A DNA stretch of 64,000 nucleotides. It comes from Actinomycetota bacterium. Lineage in GTDB: Bacteria; Actinomycetota; Acidimicrobiia; Acidimicrobiales; VFJN01. The position numbers and the translations under genes were made by a program. The DNA is taken from positions 24,568-88,567 of the forward strand of contig JBKPAA010000008.1 of NCBI GenBank assembly GCA_046726215.1, written 5' to 3'. Below the pieces are notes generated by a model that worked only from the letters and a program-made list of their open reading frames with translations, ran no database searches and was not told the origin of the DNA. Of this stretch, positions 17,980 through 27,612 are shown piece after piece (within the stretch, counting starts at the first letter, position 1; each line of letters opens with the position of its first letter).

Positions 17980-18915
17980 TCAATCGAGCAGGGCGGCGGC
18001 CTCGGCGAGGAGCTCCGCCTGGCGCATCCAATCACCGGCGGCGAGGGTGACGACAACCCGGTCGGCACCGGCCTCGACGTAGGCGGCGAAACGGGCCGCG
18101 ACCTCGGCGGGGCCGCCGAGCGTTAGCACGTTTGGGACCTGGTCGGCGGGCATCCCGAAGACGCCATCGGGATCTGTCATCGTGCCGACCAGTCCGTCGT
18201 GGTCGGGCAGGGCGGGATCGCCCGTCAGGGCTGCGACCATGCTGGCGGTGACCGACGGGGTGGGCCGTCCCCGGGCGCCGGCGAGCTCGACCAGGCGCGC
18301 CCGCCCCTCGACCACCGCCGCCGGGGGAACCGGAAGCAGGAACCAGCCGTCGCCGTGCTCCGCGGCGCGGACCATCGCCACCTCCGACATCCCGCCGACG
18401 ACGATGGGTGGCACGGTCGCCGCCGGCGCCAGCCGGATCGTCGGTGAGTCCGGCCCGTCGTCCAGGCGGGTGGGCGCGCCCGAGACGAGACCCGGCAGCA
18501 CGCGAAGTGCGGCGTCGGTCCGGCGACCACGCTCCCGCCGGGGCACGCCCGCGGCGACCCAGGACTCGCTGTGCCGGTCACCGCCCGCGCCCACCCCGAG
18601 GATGAGCCGGTCATTCGACACGTGCTGCAGGGACGCGACCTGCTTGGCGACCCAGACCACCGGGCGCAGCGGCAGGATCATGACGCCGAGCGCGAGCCGG
18701 ATCCGCCCTGTGGCCCCGGCTGCCGCGGCGAGCGACACCACGCTCTCGATGAACGGGGCGCCGGTGCCGGCGATCAGCTGATCGACGACCCACACCGATT
18801 CCAGCCCGAGGTCCTCGGCGTGCCGGGCCGTGGCGGCCATGTCGCCCGGGGGGTCCTTTGGTCCGCTCATGCTGGGTAGGAACACACCAATGTCGGGAGT
18901 CGGCGTGGCGGGCAT
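17980..18915 (-). CDS. LLM-class flavin-dependent oxidoreductase
   Basis: AEDLGLESVWVVD, RIRLALGVMILPLR, DRLILGVGAG, PPIVVGG. Confidence 0.9.
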   Translation of the reverse strand: MPATPTPDIGVFLPSMSGPKDPPGDMAATARHAEDLGLESVWVVDQLIAGTGAPFIESVVSLAAAAGATGRIRLALGVMILPLRPVVWVAKQVASLQHVSNDRLILGVGAGGDRHSESWVAAGVPRRERGRRTDAALRVLPGLVSGAPTRLDDGPDSPTIRLAPAATVPPIVVGGMSEVAMVRAAEHGDGWFLLPVPPAAVVEGRARLVELAGARGRPTPSVTASMVAALTGDPALPDHDGLVGTMTDPDGVFGMPADQVPNVLTLGGPAEVAARFAAYVEAGADRVVVTLAAGDWMRQAELLAEAAALLD

Positions 18916-19039
18916 GCGCCCAGTGTGCCGGTGCCGTCCGGCGGGTCACACGATTGCGTCCGCTGGAGCGTGCTCCCGGCGGTTTCCGGCGCCGAGGTGG
19001 TTGCCGGCCAGACATTCCTGCGTCAGGAGTCGCGAGCGA

Positions 19040-19777
19040 TCACAGCCGAGTGATGGGACCCGGCTGGACGGCCGCTTCGGATGGCTCGCCGCGGTCTGCG
19101 TGGTCGGGGCCCCCTCGATCGCCAGGTTCCGGAACGGTGGCCGGCCACAGCCGGCGAGCCGTGGCCTCGGAGACCCGCCCGCGCCAGTGCATGGCCCGCC
19201 AGACGCCGCGATAGCCGGGCAGGAACCCGAGGGTGACGAGCAGGTGCCCGACGACGAGGCCGGTCAGCGCGTAGGTGGAGCCCCGGTGCACCCGCACCAT
19301 GGTGGCGAAGGTCGGCCCGCCCGAGAGCGTGGTGAGGAGCACCCCACTGACGATCACCGCGCCGAGCGCGCCGACGACCGCAATGTTGAGCAGCCGCTGG
19401 CCGGGATCGAAGTGCCCGCGGTGCCGACCGAAGCGACCGGTCAGCGCACCCCGCGGCCAGTGCCAGAACCACGCACCGTCACCGCGGTTGATGCGCACGG
19501 TCTCCCGCAGGAAGCTGTACGTGGCGCGAATGCCGAGGATCGGTCCGCCGATCGCGAGCCCCAGGAGCACCCAGCCGGCCTGGCGGTGAAGCTCGGTATC
19601 GGGAGTGTCGAGGAGGTCGGCGAGCAGGGTTGGCTGCCCCTCGTGCCCCGTCCGCAGCCACCAGCCGGTGGCCAGAAGGACGAAGGTCACGAGGTAGAGC
19701 AGTGTGTGCAGCCAGCGGGTGGCCTGGTTGTTCCTGACGACCGCACCACCCCCGGGGGCCTCAGTAGCCGTAGTCAC
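19040..19777 (-). CDS. Membrane cytochrome b (FdnI/HupC-like, four His ligands)
   Basis: RWLHT..LLATG, ELHRQAG, HFDPGQR, VHRGST..VVGHLL; GTG start overlaps the upstream lipoprotein end. Confidence 0.8.
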   Translation of the reverse strand: MTTATEAPGGGAVVRNNQATRWLHTLLYLVTFVLLATGWWLRTGHEGQPTLLADLLDTPDTELHRQAGWVLLGLAIGGPILGIRATYSFLRETVRINRGDGAWFWHWPRGALTGRFGRHRGHFDPGQRLLNIAVVGALGAVIVSGVLLTTLSGGPTFATMVRVHRGSTYALTGLVVGHLLVTLGFLPGYRGVWRAMHWRGRVSEATARRLWPATVPEPGDRGGPDHADRGEPSEAAVQPGPITRL

Positions 19778-20324
19778 CGCCGGAATCGGTGGTGTCGGTG
19801 CCGCCGGTTCCCGCACCCTCACCCACGGTCACGGCGATCTGGTCACTGGCGTCGGTGAGGCTGTGGTCGGCATTGGCTATGACCGCCTCGATGGTGTGGT
19901 CCCCCGCGGCGAGGTCGCGGTCCACGGTCCAGGGCTCGTCGGCGCTGTAGACGATGTCGTACTCGCCGTCGGACCGGTTGCCGTCGTAGTAGAGGTGCAC
20001 GTGGTGCAGGCCGGAGTCGGGTTCGCCGATGTCGACGCTGGGGTCGATCTCCACCTTGAACCCCGGTTCGACGGTGGCCCCGTCCGCCGGATCGGCGATC
20101 GAGACCGTCAAGTCGCCGTCCCCGCCTCCTCCGCCGCCGGAGTCGCCGCCGTTCTCGGCGGCGGGCTCGCCCGCGACCGTGTCGTCGTCGTCGCTGCAGG
20201 CCGCCGCCAACAGCGCCAGCGCGGCCAGGGCCGCTCCGACGGTGACGAGCCGACGTCGGGGATGGCGTCGGCTCGCGGTCGTCGCGGCGGGTGAGCTCGG
20301 CGGAGGGCCGGACATGATTGCCAT
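19761..20324 (-). CDS. His-motif lipoprotein
   Basis: Signal peptide with lipobox LAAAC, acidic linker, LHHVHLYYDG and GDHTIEAVIANADHS; start 20324 or 20315. Confidence 0.85.
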   Translation of the reverse strand: MAIMSGPPPSSPAATTASRRHPRRRLVTVGAALAALALLAAACSDDDDTVAGEPAAENGGDSGGGGGGDGDLTVSIADPADGATVEPGFKVEIDPSVDIGEPDSGLHHVHLYYDGNRSDGEYDIVYSADEPWTVDRDLAAGDHTIEAVIANADHSLTDASDQIAVTVGEGAGTGGTDTTDSGGDYGY

Positions 20325-20332
20325 ACTCCGAC

Positions 20333-20437
20333 TACCTGTCCGAAGCCGCAACGGATCTCTCCCGGGGTTGCCCCGAGGCACGCGAATTGGCTGTGCTTGC
20401 GGGGTGGCGCGAGATCCTCTGGCGCTCCGGCGCAGTA
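20333..20437. promoter_or_regulatory. Two divergent ECF-type promoters GAGATCC-N17-GTA
   Basis: Plus: GAGATCC 20411-20417, GTA 20435-20437. Minus: GAGATCC 20359-20353, GTA 20335-20333. Same 17 bp spacer. Confidence 0.75.
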
Positions 20438-20445
20438 CAGAAGGC

Positions 20446-20997
20446 GTGTGGGAGGTGTCTGACGAGGCGCTCTTCGCGGGGTACGCCTCGGGAGACCCGG
20501 AGGCGGCGGCCCACTTCGTCGACCGATTCCAGCGCCGCATCTACGGGTTGGCGCTCGCGATCGTGCGCGTCCCGGTGGAAGCCGAGGAGGTCGCCCAGGA
20601 GGCCTTCGTCAGAGCGTGGCGGTTCGCAGCCAGCTTCGACGAGCGCCGGGGATCCGTGGCGGCCTGGCTGCTCGGCATCACCCGCAACGTGGCGCTCGAC
20701 AGCGTGCGGGGACGCGGCCGCCGTCCCGAACCGGTGGCCGATCCGGCCCCGGATGTCGGCGCCGACCCGCTGGACATCGCCGACGCCATCGAGCGCCGCG
20801 CCGACGCCCGGCGGGTGGCCGACTTGATGCGAGCGCTGCCGGACTCGCAGCGCCGGGCACTGGTGGCCGTGACGCTGTGGGGGATGACCACCCGCGAGGT
20901 CAGCGAGATGGCGGGCATCCCCCAGGGCACCGTCAAGACCCGGGTACGCCTGGCGCTGCGCAAGCTGCGCGACGAGATGGGGGCGCCGATCCCATGA
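20446..20997 (+). CDS. ECF sigma factor (SigK-like)
   Basis: AEEVAQEAFVRAWR, FDERRGSVAAWLL, region 4 GIPQGTVKTRVRLAL. Confidence 0.93.
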   Translation: MWEVSDEALFAGYASGDPEAAAHFVDRFQRRIYGLALAIVRVPVEAEEVAQEAFVRAWRFAASFDERRGSVAAWLLGITRNVALDSVRGRGRRPEPVADPAPDVGADPLDIADAIERRADARRVADLMRALPDSQRRALVAVTLWGMTTREVSEMAGIPQGTVKTRVRLALRKLRDEMGAPIP

Positions 20998-21092
20998 GCC
21001 GGCTTCGCCCGCCCGCCCCCCTCCGCTCATCGGCGTGCCTACGGCGCGCCAATGAGGGATCGCCGCGTCGCGGAGTCGAGGTCGCTCGATGA
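20994..21092 (+). other. 95 bp insert with hairpin and a 32-codon bridging ORF between sigma and anti-sigma
   Basis: ATGA overlaps at both ends; hairpin CTCATCGGCGTGCC-TAC-GGCGCGCCAATGAG at 21026-21056. Confidence 0.55.
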
Positions 21093-21796
21093 CGCCGCTG
21101 CGGTGCTCCCAGTTGCGCGACATGGCGCCGGACGTGGCGCTCGGGCTCCTGACCGGGGAGGAGCGTGCGCTGGCGTTGGCCCACCTGGAGGGCTGCGCCG
21201 CCTGCCGGGCGGACGTGGCGTCGCTGGCGGCCGTCGCCGACGAACTGCTGCTCACCGGACCCGAGGAACAACCGCCGCAGGGGTTCGATCGCCGCGTGCT
21301 TGCCCGCCTCACCGAGGTGCGAGCCGCCGAGGCGCCGGCGCCGACCCGCAGCGCCGGGCCCGCGCATCTCCATCGACGCGGGCGCCATCGCCGTCCCGAC
21401 CGGCGGCGGCTCGCGGTCGGGGTGCTGCTGGCCGCCGCGGCGGCCGCGGTCGTGCTGGCGGCGGCCGTCCTCGTGAACCGTGACCAGTCGACGTCCGTGG
21501 CGGCCAGGGCCCAGATGATCACCGGGGTGGGCGAGGTCGTGGGCACGGCCACGGTCCGCACCGGCGACCCGGCCACGCTGGCCGTCGACGTGCCGGGCTG
21601 GGACGAGACCGCGCCGGCGGGCGCCGCCTACTGGTTGGCCGTCGAGCTGGACGACGGTTCGCGGACGATGACCCCGATCGGCACCGATCACACCTGGTGG
21701 AAGGTGCCATTGGGTGGCGACGCCGACGAAGTGGCCACCGTCTCGGTGCTCGACGGCGAGGGCCGGGTGTGGTGCTCGGGCGACTTCACCACGTGA
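21089..21796 (+). CDS. Zinc-binding (ZAS/zf-HC2) transmembrane anti-sigma factor
   Basis: HLEGCAAC (HxxxCxxC), single TM helix, extracytoplasmic C-terminal domain. Confidence 0.9.
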   Translation: MTPLRCSQLRDMAPDVALGLLTGEERALALAHLEGCAACRADVASLAAVADELLLTGPEEQPPQGFDRRVLARLTEVRAAEAPAPTRSAGPAHLHRRGRHRRPDRRRLAVGVLLAAAAAAVVLAAAVLVNRDQSTSVAARAQMITGVGEVVGTATVRTGDPATLAVDVPGWDETAPAGAAYWLAVELDDGSRTMTPIGTDHTWWKVPLGGDADEVATVSVLDGEGRVWCSGDFTT

Positions 21797-21901
21797 CGGG
21801 CCAGCTACCACCACGAGGCGCTCAGCTTCGGTAATCTCTGCGGCCACCGCGCCGGCCTGGGAAGGGCGCGACGCCCCGCCGGGAGAAGGGCACAGATCTA
21901 C

Positions 21902-24304
21902 ATGCATCCGGACTTGCCGCAGGAGCAGGCCTATTTCGATCGCGCCCTGGCGTTGCGCGACCGCCAGCATGCGGTGCTCGAGCGGGCGCCGAGCCTGTCG
22001 GCTCACCCCAAGGCCGTGCTCGAGCTGCGCCGGCGGGTCAGCGGGCTGGGCGTTGTGGATCCCGACGAGGCGGTCGCCTTCGGCCGGATCGACGCCCGCG
22101 GCCAGCGCTGGTACATCGGCAAGGGCGCCATCTGGGACGACAACAACGATCTCGTGGTGGTCAACTGGCAGGCCCCGATCGCGGCGCCGTTCTACACCGC
22201 GACGCCCCGCGATCCCGAGGGCCTCGACGCGCGACGTGTGTTTCGCTGCCAGGGCAACCAGATCCAGGCCATCGAGGAACTCGTGTTTCGTGACCTGGCC
22301 GAGGCGATCGTCGAGGGCCGCGAGCCCGGGCCGGTGCTGTCCGACGCCCTGCTCGACTCGCTCGGGCGGGACCGCTCGGGCGAGTTGGCTGAGATCGTCG
22401 CCACGATCCAGGCCGCCCAGTACGACGTGATCAGCCGCGACGTCGACAAGTTGCTGGTCGTGCAGGGCGGGCCCGGCACCGGCAAGACGGTGGTCGGGCT
22501 CCATCGGGTGTCGTGGCTGCTGTTCAACCTCCGCGACCGCTTGGAGCCGAACGACGTCCTCATCGTGGGCCCGAATCCGGCGTTCGTCCGGTACATCTCG
22601 TCGGTGCTTCCGTCGCTCGGTGACGAGGCCGTGGTGCAGCTGCCGCTGTCGGCGCTCGGGCCGCGCGTACGCATCGGCCTCGTCGACCCGCCGGCCGTGC
22701 GCCGCCTCAAGGGCGACCGACGGATGCTGCGGTTGCTGGAGCGGGGCCTGCGCAACCGCCAGCGCGTCACGACCGACGACGTCGATCTGCGCGTGGGGGG
22801 CCGGCGGGTCTCGCTCAACGGCCGGCGGATCGCGACACGGGGTCGGCAGCTTCTCGGGCGACCGCACAACGAGGCCCACCGCGAGCTACGGGCGTTCGTG
22901 ATCGACGAGGCGCGCCGCCAGCTGACCCGGGCCGGCGTCCGCGACCTCGGGGCCTTCGAGATCGGTGGCCGGGGCGAGTCGGGCCGCGAGATCGACAACT
23001 ACCTCGAGCGGGTGTGGCCACAGCTCACCCCGCAGTCGTTCCTCGTCGACCTGCTGTCCAGCCGCCAGCAGCTCGTCACGGCGGCGCTCGGCACGCTGCG
23101 CGACACGGAGATCGAGCTGCTGGCGCTTCCCTCGGGGACCCGCGTCGGCACGTGGCAATGGTCGGTGGACGACATCTCGTTGCTCGATGCCGCCGACGCC
23201 CTGCTCAACGGGCGGCCAGCCAGCTACGAGCACATCGTCGTCGACGAGGCGCAGGACCTGTCACCGCTGCAGCTCGAATCGATCCGGCGCCGTTCGCGCT
23301 CCGGTTCGATGACCGTCCTCGGGGACCTGGCTCAGGCGACCAGCCCCTGGGCTCACGAGTCGTGGGACGAGGTGGTCGAGCAGCTCCGCCAGAACGGGGT
23401 GGCGCACGAGACCGTCGAGCTCGAGCTCGGCTACCGCCTGCCGGCCGAGGTCCACGAGGTCGCCATGCGCCTCCTGCCGGAGGTGGCACCCAGCCTGCGG
23501 AGCCCTCGGGCGGTACGGCGGACGGGCCACGACGTGATGGTGACGACCACCGCCCCGAGCGACCTGGCGACCGTGTCGGTGGCGACGATCCGCGACCTGT
23601 TGGGCACCGGGCTGATCGGCGTCGTCTGCCCGGTGGCCGTGCGGGCGGAGCTGGCCCGCAGCCTCGACGCCGACGGGTTGGCCTGGTCGCCCGAGCTCCG
23701 GGCGGCGACATCGCCGGTTGTGGTGCTGGCGGCCGACGAGGTCAAGGGCCTCGAGTTCGACTGCGTCGTGGTCGTCGAGCCGGCGCAGATCGTCGCCGAG
23801 GCCGAGCACGGCCTGCGGTCCCTGTTCGTCGCCCTCACCCGCTGCACGAGCCGGCTCGCCATCGTGCACGCCGAGCCGCTGCCCGAGGTGCTGGGGTTGA
23901 CCCCGGTCGAATCAGGGCCTCCGGCTGCGGCCACCGAGGGAGAGAGCGAGCGGGATGGCGTCGTGGTGGACTTGGCCGCCAGAGGCGACGACGAGACCAG
24001 CGGCGTCGTCGTGAACCTGTCGGTCGTCGACGAGGACGAGCCGAGCGGCGCCGTGGTCGTGGATCTCGCCCAGGCCCTTGGCCAGGCCGCCGCAATCGGG
24101 CCGGCCGAGAGCGAAACCCTCGACCCGATCGACGCCGCCATCGCCCGGGACGCGTTCGATGGACTCGAACGGCAGATCGCGCAGGCGATCGCCGCCACGG
24201 TGGCCGAGAGGATCGTTGCCACCATCCGTCCCGAGCTGTTGCCGGCCGTGGCCGAGGAGCTCACGAGGCTCCTCCAACCCGACCACGAGGACGGGGCCGG
24301 CTAG
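21902..24304 (+). CDS. HelD-family SF1 helicase-like RNA polymerase recycling ATPase
   Basis: FGRID..WYIG, NWQAPIAAPFY, IVATIQAAQ, QGGPGTGKT, VDEAQD, GDLAQ, KGLEFD, VALTR. Confidence 0.88.
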   Translation: MHPDLPQEQAYFDRALALRDRQHAVLERAPSLSAHPKAVLELRRRVSGLGVVDPDEAVAFGRIDARGQRWYIGKGAIWDDNNDLVVVNWQAPIAAPFYTATPRDPEGLDARRVFRCQGNQIQAIEELVFRDLAEAIVEGREPGPVLSDALLDSLGRDRSGELAEIVATIQAAQYDVISRDVDKLLVVQGGPGTGKTVVGLHRVSWLLFNLRDRLEPNDVLIVGPNPAFVRYISSVLPSLGDEAVVQLPLSALGPRVRIGLVDPPAVRRLKGDRRMLRLLERGLRNRQRVTTDDVDLRVGGRRVSLNGRRIATRGRQLLGRPHNEAHRELRAFVIDEARRQLTRAGVRDLGAFEIGGRGESGREIDNYLERVWPQLTPQSFLVDLLSSRQQLVTAALGTLRDTEIELLALPSGTRVGTWQWSVDDISLLDAADALLNGRPASYEHIVVDEAQDLSPLQLESIRRRSRSGSMTVLGDLAQATSPWAHESWDEVVEQLRQNGVAHETVELELGYRLPAEVHEVAMRLLPEVAPSLRSPRAVRRTGHDVMVTTTAPSDLATVSVATIRDLLGTGLIGVVCPVAVRAELARSLDADGLAWSPELRAATSPVVVLAADEVKGLEFDCVVVVEPAQIVAEAEHGLRSLFVALTRCTSRLAIVHAEPLPEVLGLTPVESGPPAAATEGESERDGVVVDLAARGDDETSGVVVNLSVVDEDEPSGAVVVDLAQALGQAAAIGPAESETLDPIDAAIARDAFDGLERQIAQAIAATVAERIVATIRPELLPAVAEELTRLLQPDHEDGAG

Positions 24305-24358
24305 CGTCGTCCCAAGCAAGGCCCAATGGTCGCCAAGCGGCCAGTGCCGGGAGCGCGG

Positions 24359-25537
24359 ATGCGTCTGGGTGACAATCGAGGCACAGCGAGGTTCCGGGCG
24401 GACCTCGAGACCTGGCTCGACGAGCATCAGCCCCCCGGAACGCGTGCGCTCGATCCGCCCTTGTCAAGCGGTCACCTGCCCGATTGGGCCCGGGAATGGC
24501 AGCGCACGCTGTTCGACGCCGGATGGCTCATGCCCCGCTGGCCGGCGGGGCTCGGCGGCCGCGGCGCCGGACCGGTGGAGCACCTTGCGTACCTGGAGGA
24601 GATGTCGCGCCGCCAGGTTCCCCGGTCACTCAATCCCCAGGGGCTCGACGTGTGCGCGCCGGTGCTGGTCGAGCACGGCACCGATGAGCAGCGGGAGCGC
24701 TGGACGCTGCCCACCTTGTGGGGCGACATCACGTGGTGCCTGGCGGTCAGTCACGAAGGCGTGCTCCCGGGCGAGACGATGCCGCCCGGGTTCCGGCTCG
24801 CCCAGCGCGACCGCGAGCTGGTAGTGAGCGGCCGAGCGCCGGCGCCGCCGGGCGCCCAACATGCCGACTGGTGCCTGTGTGCGGCGCAGGTCGTCGGCCG
24901 CATCCGGGGCGGACCGGAGGACCTGGCGGTGCTGGTGGTGGACCTACGGGCCACCGGCGTGGTGCGGCCACTCCGGCCCGAGGCGACCGACGCCGCCCAC
25001 GATCCCGACGAGATCATCTTCGACGATGTGGTGCTGGGCATCGACGCCGTCGTCAACGCCTCCGGCGGTGCGGGCGTCGTGGAGGCGGCGCGGGCGCACG
25101 AACGCACGGCGCGCTGGACGGCCCGCCTGCTCGACGCCCAGCGAGCCCTCGAGGCACTGGTGGCCGCCAGCCAGGCGCGGGGCCTGGCCCAGGACCCCGT
25201 CTTCCGCGACACGGTGGCGGCGCTGCGCGTCGACTGCGAAAGCGCGCGCGCGCTGGCGTACCGGGCGTTCGCCAAGGAGGCCTCGGGCCGCCCGGCGCCG
25301 GAACTGACGATGCTCCCACTGATGACCCAGGAGTTGTGCCGGAGGGTCTACCTGGCCGGCACCGAGGCGCTGGGTAGCGACGGCATCGATCTCGCGCTCG
25401 GTGGGCCCTTCCCGTGGCCGAGCGGCGCGTGGCCGTCGCAGTGGCTGGCGGCGTTGGCCGAGACCGCCACGGTCAACACCCTCACGGAGCAGGAACGGGT
25501 CGCCGCTCGGGTGCTCGGGCTACCGCCCGGTAGATAG
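24359..25537 (+). CDS. Acyl-CoA dehydrogenase homologue with degenerate motifs
   Basis: FRADLETWL, AREWQRTLFDAGW..WPAGLGG, HGTDEQRERW; canonical SEP.AGSD, GQKxW and GGTxE motifs replaced. Confidence 0.8.
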   Translation: MRLGDNRGTARFRADLETWLDEHQPPGTRALDPPLSSGHLPDWAREWQRTLFDAGWLMPRWPAGLGGRGAGPVEHLAYLEEMSRRQVPRSLNPQGLDVCAPVLVEHGTDEQRERWTLPTLWGDITWCLAVSHEGVLPGETMPPGFRLAQRDRELVVSGRAPAPPGAQHADWCLCAAQVVGRIRGGPEDLAVLVVDLRATGVVRPLRPEATDAAHDPDEIIFDDVVLGIDAVVNASGGAGVVEAARAHERTARWTARLLDAQRALEALVAASQARGLAQDPVFRDTVAALRVDCESARALAYRAFAKEASGRPAPELTMLPLMTQELCRRVYLAGTEALGSDGIDLALGGPFPWPSGAWPSQWLAALAETATVNTLTEQERVAARVLGLPPGR

Positions 25538-25573
25538 CAACACTCTCTCGCTCAAGGGCGAGGGACGAGGGGC

Positions 25574-26875
25574 TCAAAGGCCGAGCACCGCCGCCAGGCC
25601 GGCGCTGGCCGGCTGGCGCTTCGGCACTCGGAACAGTTCGTCCGCGACGACGCGACGGTGGTCGGCCGACGACCCCAGCAGCAGCTCGCCCGACTGTGCG
25701 CGGCGCACCCAGAGCTGGGCGTCGGCCCGTCGGGGGCCCCTCCGGTGGATCTCCAGGCTGCTGGCGACGATGAGCCGCTGACAAGCGCCGGCGGCCGCCT
25801 TGGCCTGGGAGGCGATGACCATCGCGCGCTCGTGGCTCTCGGCGACCGCCGCGGTGGCCTGATACACGATGGCCCGGGTTCGCTCGAGCGCTCCGGCCAT
25901 CTCGGCCAGGCTGTGCCTGACGGCCTGCGGCGGTGTTCTCACCGACAGGGGAGCGGGGGGAGCGGGTTGGTCGGCGCGCCGGCCCACGGCCCGCTCCGGC
26001 CCGCCGGCCGCCCCGTTGGATCCGTTCGGCCCGGCAGACGTGTCACCGTTGGCCTCGCTGGCCTCGGGGTCGCCTCCCACCGACCGCACCGGAAGGTCGA
26101 GCGCGGCCTCCAGCGATGACTGGAACAGCGCGCCGCACACGCCGACCGTGTCGAGCGCCATGCCCACCGTCGCCATGGCGACCGTGGCCGCCACGGCCGG
26201 CGTCGCGTCGACCGTGACCTCCGGGTCGCCCAGCATCCGGGCATCGGGGACCCACACACCGTCGAGGTCGAGGTTGCCGAGGGAGCGCGTGCCGTCCAGG
26301 CTCTCGACCCGGACGAAGGTGACCTCCGCCGCTGGCACCACGAACAGCCCCAGCGTGCCGGAGGGACGCCGGGCAGCGACCACTATCTCGTCGACCTCTT
26401 CACAGCAGAGCACCTGCCGCTTGTGGCCACCGAGGACCCAGCCGTCGCCATCGCGAGCGGCCGTGGCACCGATGCTGAAGGGATCCCAGCGGCCGCCTTC
26501 GTAAAGGGCGAGCGTGCCGTTGAGCTGGCCGGCGGCCACCGCCGACAGGAAGCGGTTCACCTGGGCGGGGGAGCCGGCCTCCCGCACCGCGGGCACGAAC
26601 TGCGTCGCCGTGGCCAGGAACGGCCCCGGCGCCGCCGCCCGGCCCAGCTCCTCGAGCACCACCGCCAACTCGACGAAGCTACGGCCGAGGCCCCCCAGGT
26701 CGACGTCGATGGTGAGGGCCGGCCAACCCAGCCAGGCGAGCTGGGTGCGGAACCCCTCGGCATCGGCGCCGCTGACGGCCACCTCGCGGACCAGGCGGGG
26801 AGGGCACTCACGGGTGAGGGTTGCGCGAGCGCTGTCGCGGAGCTCCAGCTGCTCGTCAGTGAACTCGAGGTGCAT
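25574..26875 (-). CDS. Acyl-CoA dehydrogenase homologue (beta-subunit type) with low-complexity insertion
   Basis: MHLEFTDEQLELRD, VVLEELGRAAAPGPF, SLDGTR, QAVRHSLAEM; R.QFG segment replaced by a Gly/Pro/Ala-rich insert. Confidence 0.8.
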   Translation of the reverse strand: MHLEFTDEQLELRDSARATLTRECPPRLVREVAVSGADAEGFRTQLAWLGWPALTIDVDLGGLGRSFVELAVVLEELGRAAAPGPFLATATQFVPAVREAGSPAQVNRFLSAVAAGQLNGTLALYEGGRWDPFSIGATAARDGDGWVLGGHKRQVLCCEEVDEIVVAARRPSGTLGLFVVPAAEVTFVRVESLDGTRSLGNLDLDGVWVPDARMLGDPEVTVDATPAVAATVAMATVGMALDTVGVCGALFQSSLEAALDLPVRSVGGDPEASEANGDTSAGPNGSNGAAGGPERAVGRRADQPAPPAPLSVRTPPQAVRHSLAEMAGALERTRAIVYQATAAVAESHERAMVIASQAKAAAGACQRLIVASSLEIHRRGPRRADAQLWVRRAQSGELLLGSSADHRRVVADELFRVPKRQPASAGLAAVLGL

Positions 26876-26994
26876 GACGTACCTCTGTTGTCCTGACGTC
26901 CCCAGGACGCCACCGGGTTGGGGAGAAGCGGGCGCCGCTAGCACGACGATAGGCGCGATTCTTGCCACGCACCGAGAAAAGTTCCCGGGCCAGG

Positions 26995-27612
26995 TCAGAC
27001 GACACGCGTGCCAACGCCGTGGGGCAGGCGCAGCCCGTGGGCCAGGACATCGAAGGCGTCGTCTATCAGGGCTTCCAGGGCGCCGACCCGCTCACGCTCC
27101 TGCCACACGTCGATGGCTACCCGCAAGGCCCCCAGCGTCGCAGTCACGACCAGCGCCGGGTAGGCGTCGAGACCCGGGTCGAGGTCGGTCCGCCGGGCGA
27201 CCTCCTCGGTCATGCGCCGCTCGACCTCCGCGAACCACGCTGCGCGGGTGACGGCCAGCGAATGGTGCCTCTGGATCAGCCGGTGGCGGATCACCCACTC
27301 GTCGCCCCCGGCCTGCAGCCGCTCGGCGGCCGCCAACACCACGGCTCGGAGGGCGTCGAGCGGTGCCTCGTCCTCTGGCCGGTCGAGCAGGTCTGCGAGC
27401 AGGGCTGAGGACTGGGCCGGGGCGATCCCGACGATGGCGTCCTCCTTCGACGAGAAGTAGTTGAAGAACGTCCGGGGCGACACGCCGGCCGCCTCGGCTA
27501 TCGCCTCGACGGTCACCCGCTCGGGGCCGAGCTCGTCGGCGAGGCGGAGGGCGGCCCTGGCCAGGGCCTGATGGGTCTCGGCCTTCTTTCGCTCGCGCAG
27601 GCCTTCACGCAT
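26995..27612 (-). CDS. TetR family transcriptional regulator
   Basis: [35 protein letters not shown]; overlaps the MFS stop. Confidence 0.93.
   Translation of the reverse strand: MREGLRERKKAETHQALARAALRLADELGPERVTVEAIAEAAGVSPRTFFNYFSSKEDAIVGIAPAQSSALLADLLDRPEDEAPLDALRAVVLAAAERLQAGGDEWVIRHRLIQRHHSLAVTRAAWFAEVERRMTEEVARRTDLDPGLDAYPALVVTATLGALRVAIDVWQERERVGALEALIDDAFDVLAHGLRLPHGVGTRVV

Noticed and set aside
21797-21901. Rifamycin-associated element marking the helicase as HelR
   Set aside because: No matching inverted repeat upstream; a GCAAGGCCC at about 24316 is downstream and only partial
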